In this document: positions 9,634 to 18,438 of the stretch, piece by piece | Position numbering within the stretch: the stretch's first letter is position 1 | Layout of the letters: the number at the start of each line of letters is the position of its first letter | Assembly (NCBI GenBank): GCA_035651155.1 | Contig: DASRGG010000021.1 | Location: 339,752-403,751, forward strand | Source of the DNA: Candidatus Limnocylindria bacterium | Lineage (GTDB): Bacteria; Chloroflexota; Limnocylindria; P2-11E | Length of the DNA: 64,000 nucleotides | Direction of reading: 5' to 3' | Position numbers and translations under genes: made by a program | The notes under the pieces: model-generated | What the model saw: only the letters and a program-made list of their open reading frames with translations | Database searches by the model: none | Told to the model about the DNA's origin: nothing

Positions 9634-10550
9634 CCGCAAAGCGAGGCGCCGCACTGTACGAGCGGATGAGTGGTGTGTTCACGATCTTCCTCACACCGTT
9701 CACCGCGGGCGGCGAGGTCGACCTCGACGCTGCTGCGGAGAACGTGGACTACCTCATCAAGGCCGGCCTGAACGGGATCGTCGTCGCCGGCACGTACGGC
9801 GAGTACGTGACGCTCACGCTGCGGGAGCGGCGGACGCTGCTCCGAGCCGTGGTACGGGCCGCCGCCGGACGGGTCCCGATCGTCGCGTGCACCGCGGGCG
9901 GCAGCACCGCGGAGGTCATCGACTATACGCGTGACGCCGAGGAGGCCGGTGCGGACGGCGCCATGATCACGCCGCCGTACGGCATGATCGAGCCGACCGA
10001 GGGCGCGATCGTTGGCCACTTCGAAGCGGTGGCGCGCGCGACGAACAGCGCGCTCCTTCTCTACAACAACCCCAACATCCACCCCACCCTCGCACCGGAG
10101 CTTCTCGCGCGGCTCGCCGACATCGACGGTTACGTCGGCATCAAGCAGGGCGCGACGACCTTCGCCGAGCACGCCGAGCTCATCGCCCTCGCCGGCGATC
10201 GCCTCCGCATCTTCTGCGGCTCGGACCAATCGATGGTCGGCTCGCTCGCACTCGGCGCCGTCGGCCTCAGCTCGACGCAGTCGAACTTCATTCCCGAGAT
10301 CATCCGCGACACGTACCGCGCGATGACCCGCGGTGACCTCGGGACGGCGCGCGAGCTGTTCAACAAGTGGGGCCCGTTCCGCCGATTCGCCCGCCGCGCG
10401 GGGCAACCGGCCGCCGCGAAGGCCGCCGTCGAGCTCCTCGGTCGGCGCTGCGGGACCGTGCGAGCGCCGCTCGTGCCGCTTGCGCCGGTGCAGCGAGCCG
10501 AGCTCGCTGACATTCTCCGTGGGATGGGCCTGGACGTACGGAGGCCGTAA
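9630..10550 (+). CDS. Dihydrodipicolinate synthase family lyase (DapA-like)
   Basis: GIVVAGTYGEY motif and YNNP motif of the DapA/NAL class I aldolase family; 306 aa. Confidence 0.8.
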   Translation: MTAKRGAALYERMSGVFTIFLTPFTAGGEVDLDAAAENVDYLIKAGLNGIVVAGTYGEYVTLTLRERRTLLRAVVRAAAGRVPIVACTAGGSTAEVIDYTRDAEEAGADGAMITPPYGMIEPTEGAIVGHFEAVARATNSALLLYNNPNIHPTLAPELLARLADIDGYVGIKQGATTFAEHAELIALAGDRLRIFCGSDQSMVGSLALGAVGLSSTQSNFIPEIIRDTYRAMTRGDLGTARELFNKWGPFRRFARRAGQPAAAKAAVELLGRRCGTVRAPLVPLAPVQRAELADILRGMGLDVRRP

Positions 10551-10661
10551 GGCGCAGGCGACGGCCATGACGGCTGAGCGCTTCGGGACCGGACTGACGT
10601 GCGACGAGTAGAAGCAGCGAATGACGCAGAACCGCGAGCGCTTCGAGCGCTACGAACGTGA

Positions 10662-10979
10662 TTGCGGACAGGGATCGCGCGGTTCACGCGGCTCGAAGCG
10701 AACGCTCCACGTTGCGGTACGAGGACGCGACCGATCGCGATCGCTCTCGCGCCCGACGGGGTGCTCTCGCGTGCCGGCCTCGTCCTGGCCGGTTCGGCCC
10801 TCCTCGCGCTGTCCGCGCGTCTCGAGATCCCGCTGCCGTTCAGTCCCGTCCCGGTCACCGCGCAGACGCTCGCGGTCCTGGTCATCGGCGCGGCGCTGGG
10901 TGCCCGACTTGGTGCCGCGACCGTCACGCTCTATCTCGTCCAGCCCCTCCATGATCGTGTCCGCCCATGCGAACGCTGA
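10662..10979 (+). pseudogene. BioY-family biotin transporter fragment (truncated after ~105 codons)
   Basis: ALSARLEIPLPFSPVPVTAQTLAVLVIGAALGARLGA is the conserved BioY N-terminal core. The ORF stops after TM2-3 and no frame continues the family, so it is likely a gene remnant. Confidence 0.45.
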
Positions 10980-11117
10980 CGGGCGTTCCGGCGGTGGAGA
11001 AGTGCCGAGCGGCGGAGGGCCTCTCGTCCGCTGGTCGCGCTCGTGTAGGGCACGACAGCGCGAGAGCGGCGCCACGTCTCGGACGAAGCGGCCGGCCCGG
11101 CCTGTCATCGTAGTGCC

Positions 11118-11555
11118 GTGGACGCCGGGGCCGTCACGAGAGCGCGCGGCTATCGCTACCTCGAGCACACCGCGGACGTCGGGATCGAGGCGTGGGGACC
11201 GGATCTGCGCGCGGCGTTCGAGGAGTCGGCGATGGCGCTCGCGGCGCTGATGGTCGATCCCGCCACCGTGGAGGACCGCGAGGAGTGGCGCATCGCGATC
11301 GACGGCGGCGACCCTGGCGAGCTGCTCGTGCGCTGGCTCTCGGAGCTCATCGCGCTCGTCGACAGCGCCGGGTGCGCCTTCCGGCGCTTCGCGATCGACG
11401 TGCTCGACGGTCGGCGTCTCGAGGCACGCGCCTGGGGCGAGCGGATCGATCCCGCGCGCCATCACCCGCGCACGGCGGTCAAGGCCGCCACGTACCACGC
11501 GCTCGCGGTCGACGCCGGTCCGCCGGCGCGCGTGACCGTGATCCTCGACCTATGA
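11118..11555 (+). CDS. Archease (RtcB activator)
   Basis: YRYLEHTADVGIEAWG N-terminal archease signature; stop overlaps the rtcB start (ATGA). Confidence 0.8.
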   Translation: MDAGAVTRARGYRYLEHTADVGIEAWGPDLRAAFEESAMALAALMVDPATVEDREEWRIAIDGGDPGELLVRWLSELIALVDSAGCAFRRFAIDVLDGRRLEARAWGERIDPARHHPRTAVKAATYHALAVDAGPPARVTVILDL

Positions 11556-13006
11556 GCGATCGCATCGGGCCGCTCGAGCGGATCGACGACTTCCGATGGC
11601 GTCTCCCCGCGACATTCCGTCCGGGGATGCGCGTTCCCGGGATCGTGTACGCGGACGCTTCGATGGCGCGACGCATCGTCGACGACCGATCGCTCGAGCA
11701 AGTCGCGAACGTCGCGACGCTTCCGGGGATCGTCCGCGCGTCCCTCGCGATGCCCGACATCCACTGGGGCTACGGCTTCCCGATCGGCGGGGTCGCGGCG
11801 TTCGACGAAGAAGAGGGCGTCGTGGCGGCGGGTGGCGTCGGGTACGACATCAACTGCGGCACGCGGATCGTCCGCACCGACCTCACCGCGGCGGACGTCC
11901 GGCCGGTCATCGATCGCCTGGCCGACGCCCTCTACGGCGACGTTCCCGCGGGACTCGGATCCCGCGGAACGCGTGAGACCGACGCCGCGCTCGAACGCGC
12001 GCTCCGCGATGGAGCGCGCTGGGCCGTGGAGCTCGGCCGCGGCTGGGACGAGGACCTCACGCTCACCGAAGAGGGGGGCGCGATGCCCGGCGCCGATCCG
12101 GCCGCGGTGTCGCGGCCGGCGAAGGACCGTGGAAGGACCCAGATCGGATCGCTCGGCTCGGGCAACCACTTCCTCGAGGTCGAGACCGTCAGCGAGATCC
12201 TCGACGCGGCCGCCGCTCGCGTCATGGGCATCGACGCGATCGACCAGGTCGTCGTCTTCTTCCACTGCGGCTCGCGCGGCCTCGGCCACCAGGTGTGCAC
12301 CGACCACCTGCGGGGCATGGCGAGAGCGGCCGAGGCCCATCGCATCGCCCTCGCCGACCGGCAGCTCGCGTGCGCCCCGATCGGGTCGCCCGAAGGCCGC
12401 GCCTACCTCGCGGCGATGGCTGCGGCGGCGAACTTCGCGTGGGCGAACCGGCAATTCATCACGCACGCGATCCGGCGCGCCTTCGAGCACGTGTTCCAGC
12501 GGACGCCGGAGTCACTCGGCATGCGCCTCGTGTACGACGTGGCGCACAACATCGCCAAGACCGAGGTGCACGAGGTGGAGGGCCGTCCGCGAAGGCTCGT
12601 GGTGCACCGCAAGGGTGCGACGCGCGCGTTCCCGCCGGGGCACACCGACGTGCCGGTGCGCTACCGCGCGATCGGCCAGCCCGTGCTCATCCCAGGGGAC
12701 ATGGGACGCTACTCCTATCTTCTCGTCGGCACCGAACGCGGCATGCGCGAGACCTTCGGCTCCGCGTGTCACGGCGCCGGTCGTCTCGAGAGTCGCGGCG
12801 CGGCGAAGCGCCAGCTGTGCGGGATCGACATCGCCGAGCGCATGCGCGCGCAGGGCATAACGATCCGCGTGACGCAGCCCGGCCTGCTCGCCGAGGAGGC
12901 ATCCGAGGCCTACAAGGACGTCGCCGACGTCGTCGCGGTGTGCGAGGGCGCCGGCATCGCCAAACGGGTCGCCCGATTCCGGCCGCTCGCGGTGATCAAA
13001 GGATGA
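11552..13006 (+). CDS. rtcB: RNA-splicing ligase RtcB
   Basis: 484 aa; metal/GTP motifs DIHWGYGFPIGGV, GYDINCG, GSGNHF, HCGSRGLGH, HNIA, ACHGAGR. Confidence 0.9.
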   Translation: MSDRIGPLERIDDFRWRLPATFRPGMRVPGIVYADASMARRIVDDRSLEQVANVATLPGIVRASLAMPDIHWGYGFPIGGVAAFDEEEGVVAAGGVGYDINCGTRIVRTDLTAADVRPVIDRLADALYGDVPAGLGSRGTRETDAALERALRDGARWAVELGRGWDEDLTLTEEGGAMPGADPAAVSRPAKDRGRTQIGSLGSGNHFLEVETVSEILDAAAARVMGIDAIDQVVVFFHCGSRGLGHQVCTDHLRGMARAAEAHRIALADRQLACAPIGSPEGRAYLAAMAAAANFAWANRQFITHAIRRAFEHVFQRTPESLGMRLVYDVAHNIAKTEVHEVEGRPRRLVVHRKGATRAFPPGHTDVPVRYRAIGQPVLIPGDMGRYSYLLVGTERGMRETFGSACHGAGRLESRGAAKRQLCGIDIAERMRAQGITIRVTQPGLLAEEASEAYKDVADVVAVCEGAGIAKRVARFRPLAVIKG

Positions 13007-13206
13007 TCACCGGGACGACGAGCGCGGCGAAGCTGGCGACTCGCCCCACCTCTCGCCGCTCCCACCTGGCGCCTCGGCGCCACAGCTCGTACGCGCTCTG
13101 GCCGCCGCGGTCAGGGTGCGGCGCAGTGTTCCAGATGTTCGTGCCAGACAGAACCGCTCGTTGCCCTCAGGCCGGTCGTGCGAGGTCGCGTTGCGCGCGA
13201 AACGCC

Positions 13207-13253
13207 ACGAATCCGCTGAGGCGACGGCGGGAATCGGACCCGCGGTCGGGGTC
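13207..13253. repeat. 47-nt direct repeat of the 3' half of tRNA-Cys (att-like partial tRNA copy)
   Basis: gctgaggcgacggcgggaatcggacccgcggtcggggtcttgcagcc matches 14714-14760 (anticodon stem through 3' acceptor) at 44/47 positions. Confidence 0.7.
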
Positions 13254-13415
13254 TTGCAGCCTCGCCCTTTGCGTCTCGGTGCGTTCCGACGCGTCTGTTT
13301 GGGGCCGACTTGTGCCGTTGCGTCTCGTTGTGCTCCAGCGCGTTCGTGGCCGTTGTTGTCGAATTGTTGTCAGAACAGAAATCGTGGGACAGCGGCGTCT
13401 TGCCCTGTCCGGTGT

Positions 13416-13970
13416 CTAGTTTGCGACGAGCGCCCGCTCCCCGACGAGCTTGCGCAGGCTGTCGCGTTCGTTCGACTGCAGCTTCGGTAGCGAACGACGT
13501 TCGGCGAGCACAGCGTTAACAGCCGCGACAAAGGCGTCGTAGTGATCCTGCTCCGCGCGGCCCTCGTAGCTGTCGAACCATCGCTCGACCTCGCTCCAGC
13601 GCCAGAGCCTGTGTCCAGCGGTGACGTGTGCCGCCGCCGGAAAACCGCCGGGACCACGCCTGCCCTCGACGAGCAGGCTCACGCTCTCCTTGCTGCGACC
13701 CCGACGCGTCGCGATGTCCGCCATGAACACAAGATCATCTGGCTCGAGCTCGATGACGGGGACCTCGGGTAGGACCCGCTCGAGGTCGAGGATCGCGCTT
13801 ACGACCGCCTCGGCGAAGCTCGGCGCCTCGCGATCAAAGCCGATGTACACGCGGCCGTCGCGCTGGCTCAGGTTCGCGTCTGGCAAGTGGTCGTAGATCA
13901 GCTTGACTTGCGCGTCGCTAAGCTCCGGCGCGCCGAGCAGCAGCGTGAAACTGAATTCATCTCGACTCAT
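13416..13970 (-). CDS. Putative antitoxin (HicB-like partner) with C-terminal MerR/AlpA-type HTH
   Basis: 185 aa, MSRDEFSF start; C-terminal DLVFMADIATRRGRSKESVSLL...GHRLWRWSEVERWF is an HTH_17-type DNA-binding motif. ATG overlaps the stop of the upstream small toxin-like ORF (ATGA). Confidence 0.4.
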   Translation of the reverse strand: MSRDEFSFTLLLGAPELSDAQVKLIYDHLPDANLSQRDGRVYIGFDREAPSFAEAVVSAILDLERVLPEVPVIELEPDDLVFMADIATRRGRSKESVSLLVEGRRGPGGFPAAAHVTAGHRLWRWSEVERWFDSYEGRAEQDHYDAFVAAVNAVLAERRSLPKLQSNERDSLRKLVGERALVAN

Positions 13971-14203
13971 CGCGCTTCCTCCTTGCTCGATCCTCGGTGC
14001 GGGCACTTGAGCACCTCACGAAGCAGCCAGCGCGCGTGCCCGCCGGGATTCTCCGGCGTTCCGTTCACGGGAAGGCTGCAACCGCCGCGTTGCCGGTGAC
14101 CGCAGAGCAGCACGCCCCAGTGGCCGCCGGGCTCAAGACGCCACCAGGGGTCTTTAAGAATCTCCTCGAGGGCCTCGCGGACCTCCTTCTTCGGGTGCTT
14201 CAC
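13967..14203 (-). CDS. Putative HicA/YcfA-like toxin (mRNA interferase family)
   Basis: 78 aa; spacing of KDPWWRLEPGGHWGVLLCGHRQ...LLREVLK resembles the GW..v.qkGSH...lkqaGl pattern of the HicA family. Upstream gene of the overlapping pair. Weak call. Confidence 0.4.
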   Translation of the reverse strand: MKHPKKEVREALEEILKDPWWRLEPGGHWGVLLCGHRQRGGCSLPVNGTPENPGGHARWLLREVLKCPHRGSSKEEAR

Positions 14204-14222
14204 GAGCAGGGTAGCCTAAGCC

Positions 14223-14238
14223 GTTGACCGCCGTCAAC
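14223..14238. promoter_or_regulatory. Perfect palindrome GTTGAC-cgcc-GTCAAC upstream of the toxin-antitoxin pair (candidate operator overlapping a TTGAC -35-like hexamer)
   Basis: 6-bp inverted repeat with 4-nt spacer about 20 nt upstream of the first gene of the TA-like operon. Confidence 0.35.
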
Positions 14239-14335
14239 AGCAGGCGACATGCCAGCGTTCGCGCATGGCCGCGAGGCCGCAGTCGACTCCCGACGGTGAA
14301 GGGCACCGACGCGGTCGAGGTGTTCCGCCTTCCGC

Positions 14336-14704
14336 GCCTACCACAACCAGCGCCGTCCGCACCGCGCGCTCTCCGGCAGGACGCCGCTTCTCGCCTGGAA
14401 CGCGCGCATCAAAGCGAGACCGCAGACGCCGGCGAGTGAGCCCGTCCACTTCCGCGTCTGGCAGGACACCGTCGATCAGTGGGGACACGTCACCGTGCGT
14501 TATCTGAGCGTGCTGCGCCACATCCACGTCGGTCGCCGGCACACCCGCGAACGCATCCGCCTGCTCCTCGCGGGACCGCGCGCGCATCGCGTTCGCGAGG
14601 ACGGCACGCTTCTGCCGGCGCTAACGCTGGAGCGCGATCGCCTCTACTTCGGCAATTCGCCGCGCGTCCACAATGACGCGAGACAGGCATCCGGGATGTC
14701 CTGA
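14336..14704 (+). pseudogene. Transposase/integrase C-terminal remnant (rve-type; IS481/IS21-like)
   Basis: AYHNQRRPHRALSGRTP (the Y-N-x-x-RPH-x-xLgg-tP end of the rve catalytic core) followed by a VHFRVWQDTVDQWGHVTVRYLSV...EDGTLLP C-terminal module. The upstream frames 14224-14335 are broken. Confidence 0.5.
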
Positions 14705-14717
14705 GACATCACAGCTG

Positions 14718-14789
14718 AGGCGACGGCGGGAATCGAACCCGCGGTCGGGGTTTTGCAGACCCCTGCCTTAACCACTTGGCTACGTCGCC
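14718..14789 (-). tRNA. tRNA-Cys (anticodon GCA)
   Basis: GGCGACG/CGTCGCC acceptor stem, anticodon stem GGGGT/ACCCC with loop CTGCAAA, T-arm GCGGG-TTCGATT-CCCGC; 72 nt, CCA not encoded. Confidence 0.85.
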
Positions 14790-14897
14790 TAGGAGCCGCG
14801 CCGGACCGAGGTCGTGGAGCGACCGACGGCGCCCGCCGGTCACCCAAGTCTACGGAACTGACGCGCCTTTGGTCATCCGCCTGCATACTGCCTCCCC

Positions 14898-15641
14898 GTG
14901 CTGCCCATCGGCGACGACGACCAGCGAGCCGGGCTCCCCATCGTCAACATCACGATCATCGCGATCAACGTCCTCGTGTTCGTGCTGCTTCAGCTCCCCA
15001 GCGACGCCTTCACGATGGGCTTCAGCGTCATCCCGAAGGAGATCACGCACGGCATCGACCTCGTCGGGCCTCAGCCGGTCATGCTCCCCGACGGGACCAC
15101 CGACGTGATCAACGAGGCGCCCGGCCCGAGTCCGATCTGGCTCACCCTGTTCACGTCGCTGTTCATGCACGGAGGGTGGACGCACATCGGCGGCAACATG
15201 CTGTTCCTCTTCATCTTCGGCGACAACGTCGAGCGCCTCTTCGGATCCCTCAGGTACCTGGTCTTCTACCTCATCTGCGGGATCGCGGCGGATCTCGCCC
15301 AGATCGCGTCGAACCCCGACTCGGTGATCCCGAGCCTCGGGGCCTCGGGCGCCATCAGCGGGGTGCTCGCGGCGTACGTGCTCTTCTTCCCGCAGAACCC
15401 GGTGCGCGTGCTCCTCAGCTTCGGGTATTTCGTCCGCATCACGATGGTGCCGGCGTTCGTGATGATCGGTCTCTGGATCGTCATCCAGTTCGTGAACGGG
15501 CTGGGCGCGATCGCGCTGAGCGAGCAGACCGGGGGCGTCGCGTACTGGGCGCACATCGGCGGATTCGCGGCGGGGCTGCTGCTGGCGCTCCTGCTGCGTT
15601 CGTTCGTCGGCCGAGGGCCGACGCCGCGCTTCGCCGTCTAG
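14898..15641 (+). CDS. Rhomboid family intramembrane serine protease
   Basis: Six-TM protein with GASGAISG (GxSG catalytic Ser) and AHIGG (catalytic His). Confidence 0.85.
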   Translation: MLPIGDDDQRAGLPIVNITIIAINVLVFVLLQLPSDAFTMGFSVIPKEITHGIDLVGPQPVMLPDGTTDVINEAPGPSPIWLTLFTSLFMHGGWTHIGGNMLFLFIFGDNVERLFGSLRYLVFYLICGIAADLAQIASNPDSVIPSLGASGAISGVLAAYVLFFPQNPVRVLLSFGYFVRITMVPAFVMIGLWIVIQFVNGLGAIALSEQTGGVAYWAHIGGFAAGLLLALLLRSFVGRGPTPRFAV

Positions 15642-15672
15642 CGGCCCGAGTGAGAACGTCTAGCGGCCCGGG

Positions 15673-16914
15673 TCACAGGATGCGGGCGAGCCGCTCCACG
15701 TCGTCCGCGACGTCGGCCCTGCCATCAAGGCGATAGGCCTGCGACAGGAGCGTGCACTTCTCCTTGGCGACGTCGCGACGCCCGAGGGCGCAGTCGACCT
15801 CGATGAGCAGGCGCTGCGCCTCGCGATCGGTAAAGCCGTGACCGATGAAGTCGAGGAGCACGTCGCTCGCCGACTGGAGCTTCCCGAGCGCGAGCAGCCG
15901 GCGCGCGGCGTCGAGCACGGCGTCGCTCGCGCGCGGGTCGTGCGCGCCGGTGAGGAGCGCGGCCCGCGACGCGGCGACCGTGGCGGCCTCGATGCCGGTC
16001 CCGGTCGTCATGAGCGCGGCGAGCTGCGATTCGATGTCCACGGGCGGCCGTTGCGGCTGCATGCGCTTGATGACGCCCGCGCGCGACAGGACGTCGATCG
16101 CGGCGCCGCCATCCGGCTCCGTGCGGGTGAGCGTGCGCGCGCCGTCGTGCACGACCTTCGCGTCCGGCGACGATCCCCGCGTCCGCGCCGCGAGCGAGGT
16201 CGACGGCGTCGCGTCTAGCTCTAGCCGTCTCGCGGCGGGCGGCTCGGGCGGACGAGGCGCCTTCGCGGGCTGGGCGGTGGTGGTGGGCGCGGTGGACGCG
16301 GGCGCGTAGTGCGGGAGCGGCGCCTGCCGCGAGGCCGGTCGCGGCCCGTCGACGCGACCCTGCGCCGGGGCGCCGGTCACGCGATCGACGAGCGCGACGA
16401 GACCCGGCAGGTCGCCGAGGGTCTCGCGTCCGTACTCGATCTCGAGCAGGGCGCGGCGCGAGTCGTGGGACGCGAGCGCGGCGTCGACGAAGCGCGCGTA
16501 TTCCTCGACCGCGCCGGGCAGGTCGCCCTGGTTCGCGAGCGCCGCAGCGAGGCGGCGATGCGCGGAGAGGTCGCTCGGCGCGAGCGCCACCGCTTCCGCG
16601 AGGAGCGAGACCGCGGTCGCGCGGTCGTTCGCCTTCGCGAAGCGGGCGGCGCCTTCGCGCAGCGTCGTGAGCGCGGCCTCCGTGTCGTCGAGCGCGGCCT
16701 GCGTGCGCGCGAGGCCGATGAGCGCGGACATGTCGCCGTGCTTCTCGACGAGCTCGAGGTAGGCCTTCTCGGCCTGCCGCAGCTTGCCGCTCTCGAGGAG
16801 CTTCGCCGCCGCATCGGCGGCGAGGCGATGACCTCCGCCGGACCGCTCGCCCTGCCGCCCCGCCTCGCACCGCGCGAGCGCCTCGGCGAGCTGGCTCGCC
16901 TTCTGCGCGCCCAT
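15673..16914 (-). CDS. TPR-repeat protein with Pro/Ala-rich linker
   Basis: Real coding part of the 911-aa track ORF. TPR-like helical repeats (LAEALARCEAGRQ..., AVEEYARFVDAAL...), a low-complexity PAPT-rich linker and a C-terminal helical domain. The N-terminus may extend to ~17085 (no ATG/GTG there). Confidence 0.55.
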   Translation of the reverse strand: MGAQKASQLAEALARCEAGRQGERSGGGHRLAADAAAKLLESGKLRQAEKAYLELVEKHGDMSALIGLARTQAALDDTEAALTTLREGAARFAKANDRATAVSLLAEAVALAPSDLSAHRRLAAALANQGDLPGAVEEYARFVDAALASHDSRRALLEIEYGRETLGDLPGLVALVDRVTGAPAQGRVDGPRPASRQAPLPHYAPASTAPTTTAQPAKAPRPPEPPAARRLELDATPSTSLAARTRGSSPDAKVVHDGARTLTRTEPDGGAAIDVLSRAGVIKRMQPQRPPVDIESQLAALMTTGTGIEAATVAASRAALLTGAHDPRASDAVLDAARRLLALGKLQSASDVLLDFIGHGFTDREAQRLLIEVDCALGRRDVAKEKCTLLSQAYRLDGRADVADDVERLARIL

Positions 16915-17081
16915 GACGCGCGCGGCGTGCTCGCGGACCCGCTCGGCGAGAGGACCGATATCCGATGGCCGGACGGTGTTCGCGTTGACGCCGAGCGCGT
17001 GCAGCTCGTTGGACAGGAAGGACTGCGCTGCCGGGCCGAGGTAGCCCTTCGCGACGCCGAGGAGGGACTGCGCGAGCGCGT

Positions 17082-18317
17082 TCAGTCCTCGCCTCCGGCA
17101 GGCTCGTCCGACAGCGCGTAGAACCGCAATGCGTTGAGCATCCGGTCGAAGGCCGACGCGACCTCGCGGGTGATGTCGTCGCCCTCGCGCGTGTCGAACC
17201 GCGCGACGCGCAGGTCGACGTCGCCGGTCGACACCGCGGTCGCCTCGCCGACGAGACGGCGGAGCGGACCGACGAGCGACCGCGTGAGCGCGATGCCGAT
17301 GATCAGGGACAGCAGCAGGCCGATCGCCACGACCGACAGCGCGTTGAAGGTCGCGTCGTCGGCGGCCTTCGTGTAGGTCGTGAGCGGGACGGCGAGGATG
17401 TAGGCCCACGGCTTCGCGACGAGCCGCGTGACGACGCCGCGCTGCTCCGCCGCACCGGCGCCGTACGAGAACTGTCCGCTCACGGCCTTGCCCTTCGGCA
17501 GGTCCTCGAGCGCGCTCTTCAGCGTCGGGAGCGGATCGACCACGAGCTGGTCGGGCGTCTTCTGCCCGAAGCGCTTGTCGGCGGCGAGCTTCGTCGCCGT
17601 CTCCTTGTCGATCGGCGCGATGGGCTTGTAGATGAGCGACTCGGCCTGATCGCGGTGGCCCTTCGTCTCGGAGACGGCGAGGCGGATGCCGTAGTCGTCC
17701 ACGAGGAATCCGTGCGCGCCCACGCCGACCGAGCCCTGGTCGGTCTCGACGATGTCCCAGACCGCGGCGAGGTTCACGCGCGTGCGCACGACCGCGTAGA
17801 CGACGCGACCGTCCGTCACGGGAGCGGAGAAGAAGAGCGCGGGCTTGTTCGTGATGACCGAGTACGACGGGTCGCTGATGTACGGCTGGCCCTTGAGGGC
17901 GGTGGTGAAGTACTCGCGGAACTTCACGCTGGTGCCTTCGTCGCTCTGGATCGAGGCGGCGACGATCGTCCCGTTCGGGTCGACGACCGCGACCGATTCG
18001 TATTCGGCCGAGCGCGCGGCGGCCGCCGCGAGCGCCTGGCGCGCCGCGATCTTCGCGCTGCTGTCGGTCAGGTTCTGTCCGAAGCGGACGATGTCGGGGA
18101 GCTTGCCGACGAGCACGATGTCGCCGAGCCTGCTCTGCAGGTACGCGTCGATCGCGCTCGCGGTGGACGTGGATCGCTGCTGGATGTTCGTGACGCCGAG
18201 CGTCGTCAGGTCGCTGCGCGTGTTGTTGATCGAGACGGCGGACACGAGCGCGATCGGCACGACGCCGACGACGAGCAAGGCCGCCAGGACCTTCTGCCAA
18301 AAACGTGGTCGAAGCAC
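17082..18317 (-). CDS. Membrane sensor protein with periplasmic Cache-like domain and HAMP domain, no output domain
   Basis: N-terminal TM ([16 protein letters not shown]), ~270-aa extracellular double-Cache-like region, second TM ([18 protein letters not shown]) and HAMP ([26 protein letters not shown]). The ORF ends right after HAMP. Confidence 0.6.
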   Translation of the reverse strand: MLRPRFWQKVLAALLVVGVVPIALVSAVSINNTRSDLTTLGVTNIQQRSTSTASAIDAYLQSRLGDIVLVGKLPDIVRFGQNLTDSSAKIAARQALAAAAARSAEYESVAVVDPNGTIVAASIQSDEGTSVKFREYFTTALKGQPYISDPSYSVITNKPALFFSAPVTDGRVVYAVVRTRVNLAAVWDIVETDQGSVGVGAHGFLVDDYGIRLAVSETKGHRDQAESLIYKPIAPIDKETATKLAADKRFGQKTPDQLVVDPLPTLKSALEDLPKGKAVSGQFSYGAGAAEQRGVVTRLVAKPWAYILAVPLTTYTKAADDATFNALSVVAIGLLLSLIIGIALTRSLVGPLRRLVGEATAVSTGDVDLRVARFDTREGDDITREVASAFDRMLNALRFYALSDEPAGGED

Positions 18318-18438
18318 GTTCGCCCCTCCGCACGCCGCCCCTCAGCGGCGCGCGCGGCAACTTTCGGAACATGAAAGGGGGCGCAACAGTCAGGCGCACG
18401 GGTGCCACTCGTACCGGAAGAGGACTAGTACTCCCCGG

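Noticed and set aside
10621-11250. 209-aa and 282-aa ORFs overlapping the BioY fragment and archease start (10621..11250+, 10650..11498-)
   Set aside because: Arg/Ser-rich composition with no family signal. They conflict with the better-supported BioY-fragment and archease frames.
13020-13415. Possible gene in the 400-nt lower-GC spacer after rtcB
   Set aside because: No ORF over 40 codons with protein-like composition. It contains the tRNA-Cys partial repeat and short reiterated TTGCGTCTCG motifs, so it is treated as non-coding att-flanking DNA.
17100-18408. N-terminal two thirds of the 911-aa ORF 15673..18408
   Set aside because: Alternative frame of the Cache-HAMP sensor gene: pure Arg/Gly/Pro shadow sequence without a start codon. 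Only the portion from about 17085 downwards looks coding.
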